From Nymphaea colorata (lineage: Eukaryota), in NCBI RefSeq assembly GCF_008831285.2, contig NC_045138.2:13082001-13146000 (forward strand): DNA of 64,000 bases, in the 5' to 3' direction. Of the stretch, positions 1 to 10,964 are shown in pieces. Under the pieces are notes generated by a model. That model was not told where the DNA came from. It saw nothing but the letters and a program-made list of their open reading frames with translations, and made no database searches. The position numbers were made by a program, and so were the translations under genes. How positions within the stretch are numbered: the stretch's first letter is position 1; each line of letters starts with the position of its first letter.

Positions 1-440
1 CTGCTGGGGATATCTCACCTTTTGATTGGCAAAGCAAAGAGGCTACTTTGTAACCACGGATGGAGACTGCTGGGGATATCTCACCTTTTGATCTCAAAGA
101 ATTGGGTTCCAGTGAAGTGAACTTTTTACAAACAAAGAGTTTAGCTGAAACTTTTATCAATATTGCGCTGATTGCTAAATTAATTATACCTTATTGTTCT
201 TGCTAACATTTTCTATTTTTCCAATTATTAGAAGTTCTTTTTAGGCCCTTATTTGATAGTTTTCCTGAACTTATGGCCCTTATTTTAAAAACTGTAAAAG
301 ATATTGGTTCCAATTTTTTGAATATGGGCAAAAGATGTGCCTAAAAATGGACTTTTTTCTTTGATGATTGAAGAACCTTGAAAAGCTACACTACTTAGGT
401 GTAGTGGTTAACAAACATTTGTGTAGTTGTAAACCTAATG

Positions 441-444
<4 letters not shown>

Positions 445-471
<27 letters not shown>
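445..471. repeat. (TA)n microsatellite
   Basis: Direct reading. Similar (TA)n tracts at ~3948-3967, 33812-33848, 51759-51783, 58958-59002 and 63194-63208; a (GA)n tract at ~47170-47187. Confidence 0.95.
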
Positions 472-474
<3 letters not shown>

Positions 475-1283
475 TTTATGATGTTTCTACATTGAACATC
501 ATGACAAAAAAGGACATGATGTTCAGTTCAAATACATATATAAGCTTCAAAATCTGAAATATTCTTCTTATCAAACATCCCCTTAATCATCTTTTTTTGG
601 AATCTTGTATGTAAAGGTTCAGACTGGATTTATTTATTTACCTAACTATTTACTTTTGGAAGGTGTGGTAATAGGTGTGTGTGTTTTGATTGGTATGGTG
701 AAAAGTCTTCATCTAACTTTATCGTCTCTTCTTAGGTACTTGGTTTTTTGGGCGTTGAAATATTTTGGAAAGTCAATAATAGTTAAGTTGGTTGCATCTA
801 TTCCTTAGATCCTAGGACGTGCATCTCCTGGAACTTATATCATGTTTTTTCATGTACCTTTTTTTTTTGTCATGATGTGTGCAACTCACTTATTTCTTGT
901 TGTCTATAGCTAGAAATGGGTCTTTCAAATCCTTACAGTAGTTAACCCGCGATTGACCTTCGTGCATTTACCATTACCAGCTACTTTGTCATGGGCAGCA
1001 GGTCATGTGATGGCAACTAGTGGCCTGGATGGTTCATGGACTTCTTTCAAGATCAATATGGAAAATTTTTTATTAGGAGGTACTGTTCTTTTGTGAAAAC
1101 AGTTGAACAATCACTAGGATTGACAGTTTTTCTTTTATATATTATGCATGATCTTTTTTGTGTTTAATACATATGAGAGCCTCATATATACATGTGTGTG
1201 TGTGGGTGGGTGGATGGGTGTACATTTAATATGCATACTTGTATACGTGAATATATGTAACTTTTTTAGATTCTTTATTTTTC

Positions 1284-3260
1284 TGTATTATTATATTTTC
1301 AGCTGAGTTGGAGCTAGTCCAGTGGGTGGTTCTTCTCATACTTCGTTGTTTTTCATTCTTTTGGATGTATATATAGACCATGATATCTTTTTGTAAATAT
1401 TCTGTTTTTACAGCTTCTTCGGATTTCAATTACATTATTCTCATTCTCCATTTCCTTTGTGATTTGGCGTTAGTGCCCATCATTGTGAGATTGTTGTGGG
1501 TTTGTGTATGTGACTGTTATCAGTCATGTTTTCGTGGTATTAGAGCCTGGATTCTTGTGGTTCCTACTTGCTGCTGAGAAATTTGAGTTATCTGCTGCAA
1601 GAGAAAAAGCTACATGTTTATCGACTGAAGCATCCTTGAAGATTTCTATCTTTCTGTAGATGCTGTTTTGGACAGTTTTGGAGTTGATCTTCTGCTGGTA
1701 GACAGTCTCACTGATATTATTGACTAGTACTACACTCAAGTTGTCTCTTAATTCTCTCATGATGGCCAACTGTTCGCTGAAATTTTTGATATAAAAAGAG
1801 TATAACTTCTTTAATTTTGAAGTCATCTTTAAAGCTGATTGAGGCTATGTTTGAGAGTTGATCAAGGCTAAAAACATCCTTCTTCAAATGGAAGATTCCA
1901 AGAGAAACATTGATGGTGAAAACCATGTGATACCGTTCAATTAGACGAAGCCATTTACATGTTGTGGTCAATGTCTTGAGATGACATCAATGGAATCTTT
2001 GGGCACATTAAATGATTGTATGAATCTTAATTGATCATCTTTAATTTGATTTTGAATGATCCTATCTTCAAATGGAGATTCAAGAAACATTATGGTGAAA
2101 CATGTGATACGTTCAAATTAACGAAGCATTTACATTTGTGGTCAAAGTGTCTTGAGATGCACATCAATGGAAGACATCTTTGGGGCTACATTAAAGGTGC
2201 TTCTCCTCAATTGTACCCTATATCGATTATAATTGGAAATGGAGAGAAAGAACTTTGGAAGGTGATGAAAGACAACGAGCTTTAAATGATTATTATAAGA
2301 GTGTAAATGATTGGGAAGGTATGAATGCAAGAATTAAAAAATGAATACATGGAAATATTGAGCCTAGAATAGCTCAAAATATCATTCACAACGAAGAGGC
2401 TAGTGATGCTTGGGAATACCGAAATTTTGTGTTTATGCAAAAAGATATGGTTTGGAAGTGCCAATTTACTTTAAAGGTTGAAGATGTTAAGCAAGAACAT
2501 AAAAAAAGTGTTAGAGAATATTTCATGGAGATATCTAGGTGTTTGGTTGAAATTGGTCAACTTGGTTCCAGTCTCAGGCCTCTTTATGATTGCCATGAAA
2601 TTAGAGTTGCTAAAATTGAAGAACTGAGATCCTTTCGTTGCCTAAAGATTTAAAGGTTTAAGGCACAAATTTGAACAAGCTAGGGTTGTTCTTTTTACTG
2701 TTCCTTTTCCTCCAACTCCAGTTCAAGAAATTACAAAATTAAGTGGGGCGGAGACAATATTAAGTTTGTGCAAAAATGAATATAGAGTTCGTGTAACCAA
2801 AGAAGAAGAGAAAGTACTTTTGACATCTAGACATGGGAACAATATGAAAATTTACAAGCTTCCACATTTCAAGAACCAAAATTGAGGCATATTAGGGCCT
2901 GATGTCCTATATTCAGGGCAACCAACGTTGGAGTGAAAGATCACAATAATGAAGGACACCCTTATCATAGTAGATCAGGCGACAATGGAGGACAACATGA
3001 GCTCGAAACAATTACAAGAGGGCGACTAATGCACAAAAAGAACAAAGTAGTATTTCTTCTATTTCTTCCTCAATGAATCTACTCTTAACCTCTCATGAGC
3101 CTAATTACAGAATCTAGCTCAGATGATAGAGCTTGATCCACTTCAAATGATACTTCCCAAGGTAAGTGCAGTTGGATTTTAGATTTTGTAGCCTCTTTTT
3201 CATACAACACCTAATATGTCTCTTTTTGCCCAAATCTAAATTCAACATCTAAACCAAATT
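1284..3260 (+). mobile_element. Degenerate Ty1/Copia LTR retrotransposon 5' part (LTR remnant, tRNA-Met PBS, gag, protease motif)
   Basis: TGGTATTAGAGC at 1535-1546 is one change from the tRNA-iMet PBS TGGTATCAGAGC. It is followed by the Copia gag N-terminal-like peptide WSKCLEMHINGRHLWGYIKG (ORF 2031-2285), a UBN2-like KQEHKKSVREYFMEI (ORF 2429-2653), and WILDFVASFH at ~3172-3203 (cf. Copia protease WILDSGASxH). Many stops and frameshifts; boundaries approximate. Confidence 0.75.
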
Positions 3261-5049
3261 AGGTTAGACATCTGACTTGATATGATGAGAACCATGACAA
3301 CAGTTATGCTTTATAGACAAGAAACTGCTTGGCACCTCTGACTTGATTTGAGTTGTGCACATAATTGGATAAAGAAATCAACTTTCATATTTTCCTTTTC
3401 CTTTTTTTGACTTTTGATGAAGACGCAATATGTTTTCGATGTTTTCAGTCATAATAATGTGTTCCTTCTTCATCTTAATCTACATAAATCATTGTCCTTT
3501 TGTAGGTTTCATTTAGTGATGCTGATGTCTACATTTTTATGCAATGAATATTCTCTCCTTCTGTCAACCAGCTGCAAGGTAGATTTATTCGATAATAAGA
3601 ACTTATTTGTTTCGATAACTGTTAAGTACTGAGAGTAATTTTTTACTGGTCATTCTGATTCTTCTAATGGGACCTTGCATTCTGTAGTAGCATAGGCAGC
3701 ATTTACTTGTTATGGATGTCCATGGAGAGAAATTTTTCCTATTTTTCAGATGCAACTTTGAACCTAACCTACATTATGCAATTTGGCAATGTTTTATGCG
3801 TGTCTTGGACATCAACCAAATTTTATTGATTGATGCTGAACCACAACTCAATCAACTATCAGGAACCAGAACCCGGTGGATTCAGTTGCATTTGTTTTCA
3901 ACCTTTTTTCAATTCATGAACCTCTGTTTACAATGACAAGGATTTTTATATATATATATATATATATTAAATTGTCTGTTTAACGTTTAACTTTTTAATT
4001 AAGAAATCTCTTGTTTTTGCAATTTTGAAATCATAGATCATGGTAGACTACGTATTCTATTTATCCATTTGATACATGATGCATTGATTTTGGTCATGGG
4101 ACGTTTCCTGTACCATAGTCGCTTCTAGATCCATGTGCAGCTCTGTAAGAAAAAAAAAAAAACATGGGGTCCATATCTGATCATTCGCAGTTATGTGCTA
4201 TTTATAACACTGAGGAAAGATGAAGTTGGAAGGATGCGTGAGAATTTACCATTGATCTTGTTTCATAATTCATTTACATTAACTCGTGGATAATGTTACT
4301 CTTGGTAAGGTTCTGGCTTTGATTTTGAAAAAAAATTGTTGTTCGCCATAAGTTGACGATGCTCACCGAATAGGCCATCATAATCCAATTGATGCAGCTA
4401 GTTGCGTTCGGCAGTAATATGTCTTAAAACCATCCAGCTATGTTGGTGGTTCTATTTCGATTGCAACTTCCATTCTTTGATTGTGGTTGCTATTGATGTA
4501 TTTTGCTTATCAATGATGGGTTTTGGCCCTGAGTGAGACTTAGAGATATGTACAAAAGGGACTGAAAATCTGGGTGGTTAAGTACACTGTCTTAACCCTT
4601 ATTAGGTTTCCTAGCAGAACTTCGTTCATGAGGATTGTGCGTACATGGTAATATAAACCAGAAGGGAACAAGGAATCATCTGAACTAGTTTGGTTGGGAG
4701 CAAGGCTTGTATTGTTTAGTCTGTTCTTAGTTCACATGTTAAACTCTAGGTTAACTGTTCAAATATTAGACATATTCATGTTGGTCTCTGTAAAAATCTC
4801 TGTGGTTCATGGTCACTATATGTTTGGTTTGAGATCCATAATCTATCTGTCGCAGGGACCTTTCTGTTTCCTGGAGGGGAATTAATTTCGATTGAGTTTT
4901 TTCATGCAAACACCAAGATGCTTCTGAACAACGGTATGAAGAATGGCAATGATATAGCTGCCAAAGGTGAATGGTGGTTGTTGTTGGATTGCTCGCTCTT
5001 TTTCTGTGAAGGATATCTCAGGAACCTCAGAAGCAAGTCCCAACTTCCA

Positions 5050-5420
5050 TTGGTTGCAGAATGATCAGGTTGGCAATACCACAGGCATCCAAGATTTCAA
5101 GCATCAAACTTAGGTCGATTCCTCAAAACATTTCCTTCATTTCTGTGCAATCATATTACGAGAAACACCCGCAGGAAATCCCATGTTCGACATGAATTCC
5201 TCCAAGCGCTTTGCATTTGTCAAGTAGAGGTAACTTATCAAGTTTCTACAAACTTAGATAATCGTAATTTCAATGCTAAAGTAAATTGAACAATTGAAAT
5301 AGGAAATAACGTGGACTGCAGCTTTCGAACAATGAAGGCAATTACAATGACAAACTATCCCCTGTTAGGAAGTCAAGAGTGCGAGTGCCTTCAGTGCGGA
5401 AATCAAAATGTCAAGTCGAT
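5050..5420 (-). pseudogene. Possible decayed NLR leucine-rich-repeat fragment
   Basis: Frameshift-joined minus-strand translation gives ..LKLRLSKCRNLDKLPLLDKCKAL..GFPA..YDCTEMKEMF, resembling the LxLxxCxxLxxLP and FPxLxxLxIxDC motifs of NB-LRR proteins. It needs several frame jumps, so the call is weak. Confidence 0.3.
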
Positions 5421-5599
5421 TTTTCATAAACAGTTTATTAGACAGATAAATTTGTTTAAGCATAGATGTAAGTGTTAAATCACAAGACGGAGGGGGGGAG
5501 AGAAAGAGCTGAGAGTTAGCCTGGCACCTTAGGTGCACACCTAGTGTGTCTGCCAGGGTTGTGGTGCACGCTTCACGGACTGGGTGTGTTCTCCAAATA

Positions 5600-5840
5600 G
5601 CACCGGCTGTACTTTCAGCCGGCTTGCATGATTAGTTTTAATGACATATACCGGTGGCAGATGTCACCGTTATAGGTCTACAGCGGTGAAGGCTTCCAAC
5701 GGCGACAAGCAACACCGGTAAAAGCCTGATTTAGCGGGGAAACCTATCATCGCTATAAGTAGGTATAGCGTCGAAGAAATGCACCGGTATAGATAAATAC
5801 CGGTAGTCTTTGCCGCTGCTATTGAGCTATAACGGTGGTT
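5600..5840. mobile_element. CACTA-like subterminal repeat remnant
   Basis: Clustered inverted pairs of CACCGxTATA / TAYAGCGGTG-type motifs. The same motif family recurs at ~50502-50590 and ~61810-62020. No CACTA terminus was found. Confidence 0.4.
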
Positions 5841-6273
5841 TTTTGCCAAGCATGTCTTCCGTTCTTGTTGTTTAAGAAGAACTAGCTTGAATTAGAAGTG
5901 CTTCGTTTGGCTTTTTTTTGTAGACATAATTCAAGCAGTTAAATACAAGATTTCCATACCTTCAAATATGTCTGTTACCGTTCAAAGCCCTGACGGACGG
6001 GTACCCTTTTTCATCCTGGGAAAATTGTCGGGCCCCTGTGCGTGTGGGTTGGAAAAGTTTTCCGGGGTTCGACGACTTATCTGGAAATTTTTTCTTTGGA
6101 ATCAGCTTTTTGCCATAATTTTGTGACTATTTGAACCACATCAGTGGTGAATTCATGATGGGTCAACAATGTCCTGGGTCATTTCTACAACAGAAAGCAT
6201 ACTTGTCAGTTATTTCAGAAACATCAAAATCAATAACGATCCTCTGAACCCTCAATTCTTGTATTCTTGACTA

Positions 6274-7453
6274 TTATCTGGCTTCCACCATTGAAATTGG
6301 GGTTGCCGTTGGTTCACTTTCCGTAGGAGATGAACCCAATTCCCGATGTCTACCTTTGTAAGAAAAGGCTGGCTGCTTAGGTACAAGCAGAGTTGCAGAG
6401 AAACTACTGCTTAGCACAAGGACAATGGAGGACACATTGATGCACCTCATCACCTGATATAACTGGCATCGTTTTCCTAATAATGGATCAAGGAAATCCG
6501 ATCCCTTGCCCTCATTCCATAGCTTTCATGCCTGTATAGTACAACTCACGTATATCAAAATCAATCACCGGATAAAAGTTTGATGCATAAACTATCAATG
6601 GTCAGAAAATAATAAAGCATCTTACTTTTTGTGTGTGTATATATATTTATATATATGTATAACTTTTCCAGCCAAATACCTCTATCACATCCTAAATCAA
6701 GCTTTTACTACAGGAGAGGGACATACTAGCCGAAAAATCTAGATCATGAATTTCAAATTTTTAGTAGGTATCTATGCATGTATTTTGCAAGGTAAAAGGG
6801 AGTTGCTACCATGTATGATTTCAACTCATTGATACAGGTTTATAAATAGATCCTCAAAGCTTTTTCTCCTGCATTTGTTGGGTCTATATGAGCAAACAGT
6901 TTATGTGCTTTTACACTGCATAGTAGACCATTATGCCTATTCGCGACTTAGTAAACAGGGAGAGAGAGGAAAGGGGTGCACATACTTACATGTCCTAATA
7001 GATTCATGGAGTCCTCTACTTCCTGGAAACTTGTCATCTTCTTCCACTCACAATCTCGAGAATTATGACTCCAAAGCTGAAGACATCAGATTTGGCAGAG
7101 TAGCGCCCTTCCAATGCATATTCTGGTGGCATGTACCCACTGCACACATTTTAATCAACGATTTAGAGTCGTACATCAGGCTTGGGAGTGTGGGAGACAC
7201 AGCAGAACCATCTCATAACATTGAGCAAGAGCACTTATAGGTTCTACAACTCTGACAGTATTTGGTTGAGTTTGATCACCACCAGCATTCTGGCCAGTCC
7301 GAAGTCTGAAATTCTTGGTTCATCCTCCAACGAGCAGAATGTTGTTTGTTTTGAGATCCTGTGAATCACTTTGAGCCTAGATTCTTGATGAAATACTGAA
7401 GCCCCATCACTATCTCAAAGTTCTCCAGTTCAACGGCGGGTCCAGTGTTTGAT
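6274..7453 (-). pseudogene. S-domain/CRK-type receptor-like kinase pseudogene, last three exons (kinase subdomains VIa-XI)
   Basis: Exon ~7453-7238: HQESRLKVIHR..DLKTNNILL..PRISDFGLAR..GGDQTQPNTVRVV, with several frameshifts and a mutated donor. Exon 7139-6990 (AG..GT): [33 protein letters not shown], then a frameshift, then NLLGH. Exon 6531-6274: A*KLWNEGKGSDFLDPLL..VMRCI[CVQ/DRP segment missing]NVSSIVLVLSS..VPKQPAF..VEAR*. Confidence 0.92.
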
Positions 7454-8017
7454 CTGCACATTGTTTACAACAGTTCATTGAGGATGAACATTCAAAAACA
7501 AAGTCATAGAGTCTTGCTGCTATACACGTTTACACGTGAAGTAGATCGGAAATTTTCCTGCAGCTTGTGAAAATTGGAACTTGCTTTGATAAGATTGAAC
7601 TATATAATATAGATGGAGAAGCATAATCGATTTCACGTCAATCGGACGAAAATTTGATATGTAAGATATTTATAACTAAAACTATAATAAAAATACTTAT
7701 ATATAAATTAGGCGGTCAGTTTTTGTTTTAATAATTGATGTGTCAATTCCCTTGTGCACAAACAAGGGCACACACTAACATTAAGTTGAAATGTCGTAGG
7801 AACAACATTCAAGACACCAAAAGTATGTCACTTACTTTATAGAAACAAGGGATTAGGTAGGAGCATTCATCTATGTATGATGAAATAATTATCTTGCTCA
7901 ACTAGTAATCCCTTTTGAGACACGTTTTTCAGCACCCATTTCTCCCAAAGTAAAATAAATAATAACACAAGACAACATCTAATTGTCGTTTTAACAAATA
8001 AATGCTGGAGACATGGT

Positions 8018-8127
8018 TTGGTTTCTATTTATATGACATATATAGATATACGTTCTGGTCACATGCCAAGCTTGGTTTCTATATATATGACATATATAGA
8101 TATACGTTCTGGTCACATTCCAAGCTT
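8018..8127. repeat. 54-bp two-copy tandem duplication
   Basis: TTGGTTTCTATWTATATGACATATATAGATATACGTTCTGGTCACATKCCAAGC occurs twice, with 2 mismatches. Confidence 0.95.
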
Positions 8128-10766
8128 CACTTTCACAAGAAGGATAATAAAGCTAACTTGCCCACTATTTCCTGCAACTACATAACAAAACTATTCGATT
8201 AAACCAAAGTTTTCTTACAATAACCCCAATTATTTACATAAATATAGCAAAATTATGATAAATTGACAAATTTAACGGTCACCAATACAAGTAAAACCAT
8301 GACAGTGCAGATCTTACGAAGATTTTGAGGGGTGAACATTTTACCCATGTAGCGACGTAATGGATTGAATACGATATACTATTAACCATATATGTTTTTT
8401 CTTGGCTTTGCATCGACGGTTTCACCACCCACTGGTGAACCGGAGGGAGTGGCGTGCGCGTCGGGGTCCCGCCAGATGTAGAGGGTTTAAAGTGGATTTG
8501 CGATGGGGCCAGCTCCTTCCGTATTAGGTAGCCGGAAAGCATCCCAAAGAGCGTGCTCCATCCTCTCCTTCCCGTTTTCTTCTTGATTTATGGCGGTTTC
8601 TCGTTCTTGATATTATGGCGCCTAAAAGGGAAAAGCCGTCTGCGTCGTCGATTACAGAAAGAAATGTCACCCACGCAGCAGGGCAAAGCAGGCAATGCTT
8701 CTACGTCCGGCGATGAGAAGATGGTGTGGCGGCGTTTCATCGGTGTGGGCGGAAAAGGACTGTCCGCTATCTCGGTTCTCACTCATGGCAGGCAAGATAC
8801 ACTCACTCCCTGCTCTTGTTTGCTGGGCTTGATACATCTCTATCTCTCTCACTTTTGAGGGCGTCCGTTCCCGTCCTCCTTTGGCCGGCAGCCATCGCCG
8901 GTGTGTGATGGTTGTTCGAAGCCCTCTCCACCCTTCAATTGTCTTTGTTTGTTGTTTCCTATTGGGGTTTCTCTATAGTCCGTGGGGTTTATCATTTCAG
9001 GCTGGGGTCTTTCATTTAGGCACTGGGCTGGGGTTTTCTTTGAGGTTTTGGTTGGGTTCTTCCGTTGAGGTTGTTGCTGGTTTTTAACATTTGGTTCGCC
9101 ATTGGGTCGGATGCTTTGGTCACCACTTGGGTCGCCGCTTTCGCTTTTGGTTAGTCCACCGCTTGGGTCCCTGCTGGTTCTGTTGTGGGTCACCGCTTAG
9201 GTCGTTGCTGTCGTTCTTACTGGGTCTACCGCCTTCCGTCGTCCCTTAGGTTGCTGTTGGGTCTGCCACTTGTGTCACTCTTGACATCTATCGCTTGGGC
9301 ATGCCGTTTTGTTGATCTTGCTGCTGAGTCGCGACAACCGCTTCAGATTGCTGCTAGATCGCCATTATCGTCTTTGGGTTTGTTGCTGGGCCGTCACTGT
9401 CGAGATGACTGCTGGGTGCTATGATTATTGTTGTGCATTCATCGCATCTAGCGTGCGGCTATTCAAATTCCAACCAGCCCGTCCACAGAGATTGGGTGTT
9501 TTGTCAGGTATTGCTGTTGGGTCTCTTCTGGTAATGATTTGGCTGCTGGGTTCTTCCTGTTTCCTTCTTGAATGACAATGCTTTTTATCTATGTGTTTGC
9601 AATATCACTTTGAACATTAAATTTCTCATGGATGGGGAAGGTGGGCGTTCAAGCTGTTGGGCATTCTGCAACATGCCTGATACTCACGATTTACTGCCTC
9701 ATTTCTGTTTGGTTTGTTGGTGGTCTCACTGCATAATAGTGCCAACCAGGTCAGCGTGTTTTTATCCTAAAGTGCTACGTTCTATCTTCTGCATGTAGTT
9801 TCTTTTCTATACGATTATATGCTATATTTCTATTTTTTGTTTGAATCTAGTCTGGGCATATTGTTTTTTCGTTTAGAATACTTGATGCATTTGACTTCAG
9901 CTTATAGTCACAATGTAATATGTTGCTTCCTGTGTTACTCTGGGCATAGATGTAGGTTCTCTTACTGTTGGACACGTACATCTCATGTTTAGTAAGTCTT
10001 GAATAAAGTGGATATTTGGGTGGAGAAGTTATGCAGAAAATTAGTAAAACTTGTTTCATATAAAGGTGAAAAGAAGCTGATGAAATTTGCATGGTGTTCA
10101 AACTACATGCGGTAAAACATATTTGGAAATTGAGTCACAAAAGGGAGGTTAAGCCATTTTGTGAAACTAAGTTGCTAAAGCCGATGGAATATTATTTTAT
10201 CTTGGAATATCCCTGACGGTTCAAATAAAACCATGAAGGGATTGCCCTCAAACACCTGCAGTGGTTGCACTGACACTCTGACAGTACATCTTGCATGTGC
10301 AGTTTGTGTTTTTCTCTGTAAGCTAATGGATACAAATTGGTTAATTCATATCCTTCAAGGCTTTTAGACTCATTCTTAGAAATTTTTAATGTATATTCAA
10401 CTTCTGTTCAGAATTGTGCATTTTTTATTCTTATTGACACCCGTTGCATTAATATATTGGAGGAATGGTATGTTGTCATTGTTGTTTATGGTACTGACTT
10501 TATAATGAGATATTGTCAACATGGACAAAAGAAGTGTTGGCTTATCATTTATCAGCTAAAATTAATGCTTATGATACTGGTTATCTTTCCTGAGTAAAAG
10601 GAATAATCATCTATTCAATTCTTATATTGTCAATTTTTTTCATAATCACTCATGACCTAAGGTTTTCAAGACTTGGGTTCCCAATTTCTTGGTAGTTTGG
10701 TTTTTCTGAAGGCCATATGCATGCTCTCTCTATAGCTACTTGGTATCTCTAATATTAGAGCTTGAT

Positions 10767-10929
10767 TTTTGATATTTAGTTATAGAATTTAATTTGTCGT
10801 TGCATGAGGAAGACTGTGTGAAGCATGGCCCTTTTATGGTTTTCTGAATTTTTGATATTTAGTTAAGAATTTAATTTGTCGTTGCATGAGGAAGATTGTG
10901 TGAAGCCTGGCCTCTTTTATGGTTTTCTG
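10767..10929. repeat. ~82-bp two-copy tandem duplication directly upstream of the array
   Basis: TTTTGATATTTAGTTA..GAATTTAATTTGTCGTTGCATGAGGAAGA..TTTTATGGTTTTCTG occurs twice. Confidence 0.93.
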
Positions 10930-10964
10930 TTTTTCATTCAACTGGAAAATGTAATTAGATGTTG

